From: Hormiphora californensis
Lineage: Eukaryota > Animalia > Ctenophora
NCBI GenBank assembly: GCA_020137815.1
Contig: CM035362.1
Coordinates: forward strand, 6,138,001-6,202,000
DNA length: 64,000 nt
Reading direction: 5' to 3'
The position numbers were made by a program, and so were the translations under genes. Numbering within the stretch: position 1 is the stretch's first letter; each line of letters starts with the position of its first letter. This document shows positions 50,225-62,709 of this stretch, in pieces. Below the pieces are notes generated by a model that had not been told where the DNA came from, did not search any database, and was given only the letters and a program-made list of their open reading frames with translations.

Positions 50225-50971
50225 CTATACATTTAAACTTTCATTTTCTAAATCTCTTAAAAGCAACAGCGTTTTTTCAACAACTTGGAAAATATTTGCA
50301 AACTCTTTAGAATATTTTAAAAATAATTTTTTGATTTCTTCAACGCTCTTTTTGTCAACTAATTTAATCAATTTTCGTTCTTTTTCATTTAATCTCTTTC
50401 GCTGAAAAACAACAAGTGGAATTACACCATACTTTAGACCAGTACACAACGTTTTAATAGCTTGTAAAAGTTGGTTACTACGTGAAACCTTGACAAATTT
50501 CTTTGAAGCAAACAATCGACTGAGTTCTAGAAAGTCAGCAATATTTTTGGAGTTAATTATTGAATCGGAAAACTCGTTAAAGGTACTGTCCTTAAAATTT
50601 GTTATAAACTCATCGAGTTGCTTTTCAAATAACCGAATGCGACTCAAATGTTGTTTTGATTCCGTCAGCTTTGTTTTGTACAAACGTTCAAACTTGCGAG
50701 CGTGCTGATCTCGCACATGATACAATTCCTTGTAATTTAGTTCAGGCTTTTTCACAACTTTAGTAAGTGTTGATACTGTTGGTGAAGGGTTTTCCGAATC
50801 TTTATCGCTGATATCTGCAGAGGTGTCATCTATTGGATAATCCTCATCTATCTGTAGTTCTTTGGTATCCATACCTTCATTAATCGTAGGCTTTTTGTGG
50901 TAGAGGTCTTTATGTTCAAGGAGTTGATAAATGAAGGGGAACGATTGGTCACACAAGTCACAAGCTACCAT
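50225..50971 (-). CDS. 248-aa protein: N-terminal C2H2 zinc finger, coiled coil, basic helical C-terminal domain
   Basis: CDLCDQSF...LLEHKDLYH; TATATAAG ~30 nt upstream of the ATG. Confidence 0.8.
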   Translation of the reverse strand: MVACDLCDQSFPFIYQLLEHKDLYHKKPTINEGMDTKELQIDEDYPIDDTSADISDKDSENPSPTVSTLTKVVKKPELNYKELYHVRDQHARKFERLYKTKLTESKQHLSRIRLFEKQLDEFITNFKDSTFNEFSDSIINSKNIADFLELSRLFASKKFVKVSRSNQLLQAIKTLCTGLKYGVIPLVVFQRKRLNEKERKLIKLVDKKSVEEIKKLFLKYSKEFANIFQVVEKTLLLLRDLENESLNV

Positions 50972-51029
50972 TTGTAAAGAAATGAAGATAGTTGTCCCTT
51001 ATATACCCATGGCATGACATCGAAAGAAA

Positions 51030-51383
51030 CTAGTTACTGCAGTTAGGACATTTATTTTCATAGGTTTCCGGAAACAGCTTGTTCGTAATATTATCAAACA
51101 TTTCTGGGTTCTGGTTTAGCATTTCACGAATTTCAGTTAATGAGTTTGATTCCTTAATGGCGTCCACAAGAAGTTTCTCGCGATCTGTTAGATCAGCTTT
51201 GCTGATATCAGCGTCAATAAGATCGTGCTTGAAAGCAAAGCAGTGTAGCAAGCATTGGTATGTATTTTCTCGGTCCGAAGATTCGCTATCAGATTGAGAT
51301 ATATCTGAGTCAGATTCTGGATCTGAAATATCACCTAAGCCCATTTTCTTAGACGATTCGTGACGCGTAATAGATCTTGACAT
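51030..51383 (-). CDS. 117-aa protein (ATG 51383) with an acidic Ser/Asp tract and a helical domain related to the C-terminus of the 248-aa ORF
   Basis: TATAAAAA ~35 nt upstream; LTDREKLLV..IKESNSLTEIREML....EMFDNI. Confidence 0.7.
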   Translation of the reverse strand: MSRSITRHESSKKMGLGDISDPESDSDISQSDSESSDRENTYQCLLHCFAFKHDLIDADISKADLTDREKLLVDAIKESNSLTEIREMLNQNPEMFDNITNKLFPETYENKCPNCSN

Positions 51384-53979
51384 GACTAGAAATGAGTTGC
51401 ACGCAATAAGCAATCTCTTTTATAGTTCCGAACTACCTATTTTACTGTTCTGGTGCTGTTCCGGTGTTGTTCCAGTGTATCACAAACCGTTCCGTTGTTG
51501 TTCTTTTGTAATTTTCACTGTTTCCATTTCGTTCCTTTTTAATGAAAAGTCACCGGAACACAATAGAACACTACAAATGATAAAGTAACGACAAAATCAT
51601 TTTCAGAACACCTGTGTAAAAATACGTTTCCTAGTTTATGTGTATATACTGCATGTTTTCGTTTATGAAACATTTTGCAACATTTTACTGTTCCGCCGTC
51701 GTTCCGCTGTTGTTCCGTTCTAATTTCCACTGTTCTTTTGTATTTTCCAACTTTTCTTATCTAACAAAAAACCGTTCCGATGCTGTTCTTTTGTAATTTT
51801 CACCGTTCCCGGCTCGTTCCTTTCTAATGAAAAGTCACTGGAATACCAAAAGAACGATAAGAATAACAAAAGAACATTAGATGAATATTGGGGGAACTCT
51901 GGAGTATTCTATTATTTGTATCAGAACACCAGCACGAGAAAAGAGAGAGAAAGTTATATGCATTGTGGCAGGAGTGTAATGTGATAGGGTGAGATCACAC
52001 AGAAATCCCAAACAAAAATTGACATCATACAGAAATCCCAATCGCGAATGTGGGCCCTTGTCAGCGCCAAAATAAATTCCAAGGCCCTTGCCGGCGCTCC
52101 CGATATTCTAGTGAACAACTCTTGCCAGCGCCGCATAATTTTGGTGATCAGAAGTCACGTGACATGCACATACAAAATGGTGGGCCGCTTAGGAGGCTAA
52201 AATAGGTCCCAACTGTCCGCACTATACTACTAATCTTCATAAAGACCAACAGCTATGTTATGTGGTTCAAAAGTACCTTACTACAACATTGGAAAATATG
52301 AAAACGTCTGTAGGAACAACAAATTTACTCAGTCGGAGCTACTAATCATTTTCAGCATGAGAAACAAATCTACATCAGAAGGAGCCACTATTTTCTGTGT
52401 TTTTCACTGCAAGTGTGAATTGGAAAGCTATCAATTTATTGAGTATGTACTAAAGCTCAAAGCGATTATATTATTATGTGTATTGTTTTAGAGGTAAACT
52501 AAAAGGGTTAATAAACTAATTAAATGTTAAATCTAAAATTAATTTGTCTATTTTAATTTACTCTAGTTTTTAATCAAGGCTAACAAGTTAGTAAAAAAAA
52601 CTATACGATCACGACCTATTTTATTTCGGGACAAAGTGCTAAAATTTCATAGTTCTAATTAAAATACTATAGATCTGGGGATAATTTACCTACAATTATT
52701 GTACTTATAGTTTGACATACCGAATGTAGCGTAGTTCGTCGGTTTGAGTACGTCTCCACTGTCTCCTGGATGTTCCAATTCTTTATCTTTCCGTTGCGTC
52801 TTTTATCAGAACAGTTATCACCCTTCTATGTTTATCTCTCCACCAGACCAAAGTTTCGGGAGACCAGTCCACCAGACCAAAGTTCGGGAACCTTTGCGCT
52901 TACCAGCACAGTTACTTATAAAATTATTACTTTGATTTTAAAGCCTACTCTCAAAATTTTCCTCTATCCTAATTCCTCTATCTTAATTAACATTTTCTAC
53001 AAGCAATTCTCACTACGTCTAACTACTTACTAAAGTTCAAACACCGAAGCCACCATGTTGCAATGCTAGGTTTTGCGGGTTTAAGCGGGGTTTTAACGGT
53101 TAGCATTGCCTCACTAAAGTCACCTAGACAAAAGCGGTATTTCCAGTTTCGTGCATGAGCTAAGGCTCACCTCCTAATTGGTCTAAGTCTCAAAGTAATA
53201 CACCTCAATTTGGTATAGATAAGAAAGTAATGTATCATGTTCAAGTTCACTAATCATGCTTCTACACATCTCACATTCTAATGTCACTACACAACTAATT
53301 CTGTCTATATTGTCTCAGTCTATAAGTCTCAACTATCTCACTAATCTATCTACTCAACTCTACTCTACTCTACAGTTCACATATAGGTTTACGATGACTG
53401 ATAGGACATCTGCTTGGCAAACAATGCTTCGTAGTACATATATTATTGACATGGGGACATCTGCTTAGCATGGCTCGCTATGCTTACAGTTATGAGCTGA
53501 GCTGAATGCTGAAATGGTGTCCCTTTTATACTGCTCCGGACCAGGCTTATCTCATGATGATCTATTATTGACGTATTTCCTGGCTGTGGGCCATCTGTGT
53601 CTCGTGATTGTCCATTGACCTCCTTTGGCACCCTCTTATAGTTTCTCACTTTAGTTTATGTCTTTAGCTTCATCTCTCACGTCACGATGTGCTAACTAAC
53701 TGGCGGGTCATCATTCCATCATGTAATTGGCATGTCGCCAGGCAATTAAAAGTAATCAATTCGTTATGGTCGAATTCTGGGTTTGGTCCAGCACGTCACG
53801 GTATTGTAAGATGTAATCTAAATCACATGATCCTCGCACGACTATGTTCATTATCTCACGTAAGGGAACATCTCACGTTTGACTGTCATGTCTTTCCCTG
53901 GCCAGGTAATCACTGTGCCAACTTCCGGGTGTGATTGAATAATGGTTCAGTATAGGAATATGTAATATTCCAACATAGT

Positions 53980-55991
53980 TTCTCAGGGTTTTTGTAAACA
54001 GGTAACATAAATATGCAAATAACGGCTAAACGGTGCGAGATACGACTTTTTGTCCGGGGTACGACCCCCCATAAATCGACTATTCTACGTCGAAATATGT
54101 CCATGAAAACATTCTAGGACCAGCTGAAGTGGAAATATTCAGAATATGCATTAATCATGAATCAGTGCATAAATATGCAAATAACGGCTAAACGGTGCGA
54201 GATACGACTTTTTGTCCGGGGTACGACCCCCCATAAATCGACTATTCTACGTCGAAATATGTCCATGAAAACATTCTAGGACCAGCTGAAGTGGAAATAT
54301 TCAGAATATGCATTAAATCATGAATCAGTGCATAAATATGCATATAACGGCTAAACGGTGCGAGATACGACTTTTTGTCCGGGGGACGACCCCCCATAAA
54401 TCGACTCTTCTACGCCGAAATATGTCCATGAAAACGTTCTAGGACCATTTGAAGTGGAAATATTCAGAATATGCATTAAATCATGAATCTGCACATAAAT
54501 ATGCAAATAACGGCTAAACGGTGCGAGATACGACTTTTTGTCCGGGGGACGACCCCCCCCCCCCCCCATAAATCGACTATTCTACGTCGAAATATGTCCA
54601 TGAAAACATTCTAGGACCAGCTGAAGTGGAAATATTCAGAATATGCATTAAATCATGAATCAGTGCATAAATATGCATATAACGGCTAAACGGTGCGAAA
54701 TACGACTTTTTGTCCAGGGGACGACCCCCCATAAATCGACTCTTCTGCGTCGAAATATGTCCATGAAAACGTTCTAGGACCATCTGAAGTGGAAATATGT
54801 AGAATATGCATTAAATCATGAATCAGTGCATAAATATGCATATAACGGCTAAACGTGCGAGATACGACTTTTTGTCCGGGGGACGACCCCCCATAAATCG
54901 ACTCTTCTACGTCGAAATATGTCCATGAAAACGTTCTAGGACCATTTGAAGTGGAAATATTCAGAATATGCATTAAATCATGAATCTGCACATAAATATG
55001 CAAATAACGGCTAAACGGTGCGAGATACGACTTTTTTGTCCGGGGACGACCCCCCATAAATCGACTATTCTACGTCGAAATATGTCCATGAAAACATTCT
55101 AGGACCAGCTGAAGTGGAAATATTCAGAAATGCATTAAATCATGAATCAGTGCATAAATATGTATATAACGGCTAAACGGTGCGAGATACGACTTTTTGT
55201 CCGGGGGACGACCCCCCATAAATCGACTCTTCTGCGTCGAAATATGTCCATGAAAACGTTTCTAGGACCATCTGAAGTGGAAATATTCAGAATATGCATT
55301 AAATCATGAATCTGCGCATAAATATGCAAGTAACGGCTAAACGGTGCGAGATACACACTTTTTGTCCCGGGGACGACCCCCATAAATTGACTCTTCTGCG
55401 TCGAAATATGTCCTTTGAAATGTCCTTACAAAACCAAACCGAGATAATCATAAAATTATACATAAATTATGCATAATTAATGACTTCCCATGCTCAAATC
55501 AAAATTTTACATAGCCTACGACATGTAGAATAGTCCGATTTATGGGGGTCTTCCCCGGGCAAAAAGCTCTAAATCCAGCCGTTTTTTTGCTCAGTTTGGT
55601 TTGTAAAAGGTCGTGCGTATGTATGTATGTATGTATACAGAGCAAGCGTTTGGGACCCCCCTCGTAACTTTTGAACGAAACCATCGATCCACTTGAAATT
55701 TAAACACTATTAGATATCATTGAGGTAGCTTTACATACAAAATTTCAGCGTGCTAGCTTGTCGGAACATGGTTAAATAGACGCTCGAAAAGGGCGAAAGT
55801 CACATCCGTATGGTATACTGCACTGGCCCCGAATCGGGCGAAATTAAATTTTCCGCGCCTGAGTTTATCCTTTCAGATTTGATCTTATAATGTTCTAGGA
55901 TGACCTTAGAAGGGGTGGGATGGTTTTTCATTGCTGGGGGCTTTGCCCCCAGACCCCCATTAGGCCACGGGGCACTTGCCAGTGCAGTGAT
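53980..55991 (-). mobile_element. Probable non-autonomous Helitron/Helentron-type element carrying the satellite
   Basis: End sequence GCCAGTGCAGT (55978-55988) inverted ~160 bp inside (55817-55827), then (GTAT)n, then the tandem array; absent at the paralogous site near 10610. Confidence 0.5.
54007..55415. repeat. 163-bp tandem satellite, ~8.6 copies
   Basis: ATAACGGCTAAACGG recurs at 54019, 54181, 54344, 54507 and onward. Confidence 0.95.
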
Positions 55992-56843
55992 TATGAATGC
56001 TTCTGCATAACAAAATTGTTAATTTTTTGCAAGAAATCTCACCTTGTACTTCCAAAGAGCCAATATGAAGACTCTTCATTGACGACCTCTGTTTTGATCA
56101 AAAAGCTGAAACAAATGGATGGGGGTTAGAATTCCATTTAATGGGTTTCGGGTCCTATTTTTAGCATTGCGCCCAGGCATTGGGACCCTGGGTGTAGTTT
56201 ACACCCACCGATGCAGTACACTAATTGGGTGCTGGCCAGAAGATGACATAAACAAAGTTTAGGGACCAATATCAGATTGATCCCAAAACCCGGTTTTTCT
56301 CAAGATCTGTACAGCCCCGGCAAAATGTACTGCATTGGTGAATGCCCTCACTCATCACAATATAGTTTCGTAATCATTGGAAAATTTACAACAAGTCAAC
56401 AATATTTGAATCATCGTGATACTCACTGCATACCTACCTATTGGAGGTGTGTGGGAACTGTTCAGGATTTCCCATTTTTGATGTTACCATGTGTGTAACT
56501 ATGTGTGTAACATGTGTGTAAGCAATTGTAACATGTGTATAACATGTAACATTGATATCTAAGTTATTTAGTTAATGAAATAAATTTTTTACTAACCTCA
56601 ACCCATAATTCCCTCAACAGGTTAATCAATCATTCAATCATTCAATCATTCAATCAATCGATCAGGAATACAGATGACAGGGTGGCGCATTGAGCTGCTA
56701 ATAACACGTTAAAACGGTTATTAGGTCTTTCGTGCAGCCGACCCTCTCACCGTGTTCGGTTTAAATATTATTTACAAAAAATTGTGGGCAATTCCCATGT
56801 GCTGGTCATGTAAAAACATAAATTTCAAATGCATTATACTTAC

Positions 56844-57876
56844 CTAAAATGCACTGTGGTACATCACTTGACCATGTTCCATTATCCTGACAAGTCAGTG
56901 TTGCACTTCCCACAAGGCTATGGGTGGCAACACACTCGATGGTTACAGTTGTCCCTATTGGTGAGGCAGTCCAGCTTCCTTGTGTTGATCCTTCAAAAAA
57001 AATGCAGGACACTCTGGTGCTAAATGGAAATTGATCAAGGCGTGAGTTCGATTGCAGCGGGGATCGGAGAATTACACATTGGTGCTCAGTTATCATAATG
57101 GATCAATATCAGGCTTGGGGTACCCAATCTTTGTAGGGTTCTTTACCCAACAAACCAATTAACACCAACTCATGTGATCCGATCCAACCCCATGGCCCAT
57201 GTTGTAAAGTTACACTATTTTTAATACGTAGTATTAATTAAGTTAAAAGTTTATAGACCCTTACTTGCTCTGTAGAAGTCAGATGCTGTGTCCGAACTAC
57301 TGTGGAACGAGATCTGCTCCACGACATCACCACCCCACTTTGGAACACAGTCGCTACGTGAACTATCTGTGAACAGGTAGTTTACCACCTCCACATTATT
57401 ACATGTGATGATGAGGGCAGACTCTGTTTTGGTGATTGTCCAGATCTTATCCAACTCCAACGGGGGTTGCACTAGCAGGTCTGTGTCGCCGCCCATGCAG
57501 TAGCTTATATAAAACTGCATTAGAGAGGAGAACAACACATACACAGAACTGATAGAGCTGATGTCCTTGTCGTACATCCTCACATAGATCTTCTCATCAC
57601 TACCCAGTGCAGAGTCCGTCTTTATCTGGAGAGGGTGTTGCCTCCAGGTCCCAGGGTATACTCACAACCTGCTGTACAGCTATCGACAGTCTGAAACACG
57701 TCAACAGTATAAATACCCGCCATAATAAATCCCAGCGGGATTTATATGGTATAGCGAACTAGCGAATCACCCTACTGAGCTGGGCGGCCCGCTAGTTGAG
57801 TATGAGACTGACTATAACCTGTAAGAACAGCTGCAGTTCCCCACAATGTAGCTGTGAAGAGAAGGAGACGTATCAT
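56844..57876 (-). pseudogene. Unit E: SP exon 57819-57876, variable-domain exon 57265-57690 (small indels, early TAG), sushi exon 56844-57019 (1 nt short in an A-run)
   Basis: Homologous exons and splice sites; the lesions could be consensus errors. Confidence 0.8.
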
Positions 57877-59187
57877 GCCTATCACTCAAACGCCGGTAGT
57901 TTATAATAATTACTTATCCGTTAACAGATTATCAACTAATTATCGACTAATTATCAGCTAACATCAACCCAAGTAAATAACCGGGTGAAGGTGAAGGTAT
58001 TCATCGATGTAAGAGCAGATAGGGTTATACACATTAATCTACACATATATGTGTAAAGAAAAACTATTAGGCAACGATTATTTGGTATTGAACAAAAATC
58101 TAAAATGCGAGAAAACTCAGCAGGAAGGGATTAAAGTTGCCCATCATTCTCTCAACAATAAAAACTTTGTGCTACGTTTTCCGGGAGAACAAGGCCAACG
58201 AGTGGAAAGCTTCGAAGAAATCGGAATTTATACCATTCATCTCACACAACAATTCTCTCTCAGCGATAAAGTCACGTGGATATTCATATTCTTCTATAAT
58301 ATTAGCCCAATTTTCTCCGCCTAATATCTCTCCATAACTAATGCAACAAATGACTGATAAGAATTCTCCCCAAAGAATCAGGTAATTAAATTTGTGTCTT
58401 CCTAATCTCAACCATCATAAGATCATCAAATACCTAACTTTGACTCAGTCACCCCTGTGTGGCGCCGCGACCCCACCTGCAAGCGCACTGGTCCCTGATT
58501 GGCTGATAACCAGTCACGTGACCTAAATAACGAGTTCTGATTGGTTGTTTACTTGGTATGTATTTTATGAATACCATCATGGTGAACAAATACCAAATGT
58601 TGCAAACGCGAGAGTGAGAGATACCGAGATAGTAAGGGAAAAAAAGAGAGAGAGAGAGCGAGAGAGAGGGAGAGAGAGAGAAGAAGAAGAGAGAGAGAGA
58701 GAGATATAGAGAGAGAGAGAGAGAGAGTAGATAGGACGTGCTTGCGTGCTGCTAAGGTTACGTTTGGATGTTGATTTGTAGGAATTGTAAGATGGAACAC
58801 AACACAGCGATAACACTCGAGCTTCGAGTACAGTACGGTTGACGGTTGTTCACTGAAAATAACTGAATCAGTTTTTCCTTCAGTAAGTAGTCGGCGTACT
58901 GGAGTTCAGTTCAGTACGGCTGTTTTCCGCCTAATGGAGCCAAGGATTGAGATAGTGACTTGGTTGTATGCTTACCCCCAATAAATGACTAATGCGATGA
59001 CTAATTAGTCCTTATTTTATCAATATCATCATGGTTAACAAATACTAAAAGTCGAAGTTTTTGAGAGGTTTGAAGGAAAATTCGTGGATCAATATCATAC
59101 CATTGTCAACCTCAAAAACAAATCGAAATATATCTCCCTATAAAATTCCACTGGAATTTCCAGTAACCAGAACACCGAACACCAGTA

Positions 59188-59462
59188 GGGTCACCACACA
59201 CCAAAGTTAAAATTAAAATTAAAATTTTGATTTTAAACCCGCACACACCAGCGGCCGTTAAAATTTCTCTCCCCATTCTAAAAGTAACACATCTCACGCA
59301 CGATTTTGACGGTCGCGTTCGATGACAAATTTTAACACTCGTTAAAAATCGCGCGCGAGATTGTTTTTTAGAATGGGGGAGAGAAATTTTAACGGCCGCT
59401 GGTGTGTGCAGGTTTAAAATCAAAATTTTAATTTTAATTTTAACTTTGGTGTGTGGTGACCC
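59188..59462. mobile_element. Nearly fully palindromic MITE (GGGTCACCACAC termini)
   Basis: Long inverted arms; no clear TSD. Confidence 0.7.
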
Positions 59463-60040
59463 ACAATTATAATGGAAATGTAAATTTCAAATATCAAGTA
59501 ATTAGAAACTGGGTGATCATCCAAAAAGTAACCGGGCATGCCAACTGCATTGGAATACACTACTTAACAAGGACGATCAATAATTTCAGGGGAAAAAACT
59601 GCCTTGGATATTGTCAGGCCAACATGCTCTGACCACAGAAGGAAATAAGGAAAGGGCCAATATGACAGCTAATTGGAGATGAAGGGTATGAAAATAAAAC
59701 AAATACAAGTTTTACACTCATCATATTGGGGAAATCTTATCTGCACTGGGAAAGTGAGACAAAATACTCAACTAAATTGCATCTAAAACTACAATAACTA
59801 ATAAACAATTTGTTGTTGTACGTTTGTAACTGTCTGGCGCCGCGACCCCATCTGAGCGCAATGGGGTATGGCGCCACGACCCCATCTGAGCGCACTGGGG
59901 TATGGCGCCGCGACCCCATCTGAGCGCACTGGGGTATGGCGCCACCATACAGGTTTTTAATAAATAATATATTAGCTAGCTAAATGTCAGTAATATTATA
60001 ATTATAAACACTCAGTGTTTATTAAACAGTGTCAATACTA

Positions 60041-60098
60041 GTTACCATGGTAACACACTCTAGTTACCATGGTAACACACTCTGATTACCATGGTAAC
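60041..60098. promoter_or_regulatory. Three tandem RFX X-box-like palindromes (GTTACCATGGTAAC, 22-bp period)
   Basis: Two perfect copies and one single-mismatch copy. Confidence 0.4.
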
Positions 60099-60625
60099 AC
60101 ACCCTTATCACGGCTCCGTTATGCGTCGTGTTGTTGCCGATGTCCGTGCGTAGAACAATGAGCTCTTCCAAAAGAGGGGGGAAAAGACGAGAGAAGTTGC
60201 TGTTAGACTCAAAATCAACAGATAAACCTGACGAGAGAAGTTAATTATTATATGATTAGATGACTGGTTAAAATGGTCTATTACTTTTTAGTGTACGAGG
60301 CCGAAGGCCGAGTGCTCTAAATACAACAATAATGAACCGAGACCGACGTCGAGGTAGATCCTTTTACTTAGCTACCGAGCCTGCGAGGCACGCTAAGTGT
60401 AACTACTGGAGCCGAGCCTGCGACTCTGTAGTTGACTTTGGGGTTTGTTGGGTGTTTGTGGGCCGAGCCGTGCGGGCCTAAAAGTGAAAGAATCCTTTAG
60501 AACATTATTGTTGTGTAATAAGCATAGTAAAAGCCGTCATTCTAATTTATTAGATTGATTTGGGGAACACAACTGAGTGAAAGAGATAAAGATTGAGTGA
60601 GAGAGAGAGAGAAATAGAATGTGTG

Positions 60626-60659
<34 letters not shown>

Positions 60660-61012
60660 TAGATAGAGATAGATGATAGAAGAGAGAGAGAGAGAGTAGA
60701 GAGAGAGAGATGGCACCCTACACCAATGAGCTCCTGCTCCTGACAGCTATAAAATTGATCCAACAATACGAAGAAACAACCATTTCAGATTCAAACAATA
60801 CCAGGGGTAGAGGGATATTTTATTCATATGTGATCGCTGTGGAAAGTTATAACTCAAACTGGGTCCGGTGAAATTACAGTGGATCCTGTAAAGATAGAAA
60901 TTACTCAGTAATTATTACTGATCCTTTTTACTATGAGTCGGTTCCTACTACTTCGAGTTCATTAATAGTTGGTGAGTTTGGGAGGGAAATATCTTCTTTA
61001 GTTCTGCTACTT

Positions 61013-61622
61013 CCCCCCACCCCACCCCACCCCACCCCACCCCACCCCACCCCACCCCACCCCACCCCACCCCCACCCCAACCCACCCACCACCATCCCC
61101 CACCCCCCACCCACACCCACCCCACCCCCACCCCACCCCACCCCACCCCACCCCCACCCCACCCCCACCCCAACCCACCCCTGTTTTCCTACTTTATGTC
61201 CCCTACCTCCACCCCCACCCCCTGTTTTCCTACTTTATGTCCCCTACCCCCACCCCCACCCCCCCTATGTTCCAGGTTCCTACAATATGTCCCCTACCCC
61301 CACCCCACCCCCTGTTTTCCTACTTTATGAGAGGGTTAGTGGAGAGAGGGTCAGTGGAGAGAGGGTTAGTGGAGAGAGGGGTCAGTGGAGAGAGGGTCAG
61401 TGGAGAGAGGGTCAGTGGAGAGAGGGTTAGTGGAGAGGGGTTAGTGGAGAGAGGGGTTAGTGGAGAGAGGGGTCAGTGGAGAGAGGGGTCAGTGGAGAGA
61501 GGGGTCAGTGGAGAGAGGGGTCAGTGGAGAGAGGGGTCAGTGGAGAGAGGGGTCAGTGGAGAGAGGGGTCAGTGGAGAGAGGGGTCAGTGGAGAGAGGGG
61601 TTAGTGGAGAGAGGGGTCAGTG
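61013..61622. repeat. (CCCCA)n and (GTGGAGAGAGGGGTCA)n simple repeats
   Basis: Direct observation. Confidence 0.9.
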
Positions 61623-62709
61623 CAATCTGCACACAAAACCTTTCAAACCTACTACACCATACAACCCTCTTAAGTAAGTTGAGTTTGTTTGTTTGTTTTC
61701 TAAGTTTTGTTTGGTTGGGTAGGTATATACTTGTTTTGGGCGAGACTTCCCAAATTGTCGCCAAGTCTCCCTTATTTATTGTACAATGTTGGTAGACCCA
61801 ACATCAACAAACAACTCTGATCGCACTACAATAATTCTCATTTGATAATTCAACATCCCATCTCTCTCGCAGGTCTAATGTTATGAACAACTCTCTGTTC
61901 AAAAAAGATCCGCTATCAGCGGTGAGGAATCATATTGTGCTAAAAAACTCAATGAACAATTCAATGAACAATTCCTGATATTATAACAGTTTAGAGGGAG
62001 ATTTAGAGGGAGTGTGACTAGTTTTCTGTTATAACGAGTAGTTTTAGAGGGAGTTTTCTGTTAACAAACTGGGAATATGAGACAAGATCAGGGCGTTGTT
62101 GTTTGTTGTTGTTTTGATTTTGGTTGTCTCTCTCCCTTTGGCACAGTGGCACACAAACTCTCCTCACATGTTTGTAGCGCGCGCGGTCTCAGTAGGTATG
62201 GTGTGTGCGCGACAGTGTCTACCGTGGGAAAAACGTGTTGAGTTGTCTGCATCAGTTATTATAGACAGTGTCTAGTAGACACAGCAGTGCAGTTTGCGAT
62301 ATGAAGTGTTTTGAGTGTGTTTTATTGTATTACATGTTATCTAATTTATTCAAACGTTTTAAATACTTCTATTACTTTATTACTCCAGGGGTCGGGTTAT
62401 GGAATGGTGTTGTGCTGTTGCATGAACAATACAAGAATGGTGGTGTAACAAAGATCAGAGACAAGGCCGGGTATACTAAGTGGAGCTCCACTTTCACTTT
62501 TTGTAGTAGAATTCAATTTCTAATCCGATTCGAGAGATCCCTTAGCCTTGTATATTTGCAGTTGGTACGGTTTAACTATGAGATTCCAACCTTTCTATGT
62601 ACATCTATGCATGAATAAAAACTTCCGTTGTTTTTAATTTGAATAAAATATTCCAAAAAGAGGGTTTCGTGTGGCTCTACGGTCTACCACCAAGTATCTG
62701 TCTCGTGAC

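Larger units (their letters stand above)
48732..52231. mobile_element. 3.5-kb non-autonomous Polinton/Maverick-like element; TIRs 48732-49311 and 51653-52231; 6-bp TSD AATCTT
   Basis: aatctt|AGTAGTATAGTGCGGACAG ... CTGTCCGCACTATACTACT|aatctt. AGT-repeat termini, long TIRs and a 6-bp TSD are Polinton hallmarks. Confidence 0.88.
40985..53975 (-). mobile_element. Large pol-less LTR element (LARD-like); LTRs 40985-41983 (999 bp) and 53056-53975 (920 bp); TSD TAGT
   Basis: TG...CA LTRs nearly identical apart from a 79-bp indel; PBS TGGTGGCTTCGGTG adjacent to the 5' LTR; PPT AAAGGTGGGGT adjacent to the 3' LTR. Confidence 0.9.

Noticed and set aside
48731-52232. Reading the long-TIR element as Academ-like with TAG termini
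   Set aside because: Shifting the ends by one base gives a perfect 6-bp TSD with AGTAGT termini, which fits Polinton better.
54007-55415. Regular repeat arrays as possible CRISPR (also 22231-22390)
   Set aside because: Head-to-tail monomers with no unique spacers, no cas genes, eukaryotic context.
56277-56498. Plus-strand ORF with HCIPTYWRC (LDLa-like)
   Set aside because: Remaining LDLa Cys/Asp pattern absent, and the frame is not kept in the other two copies.
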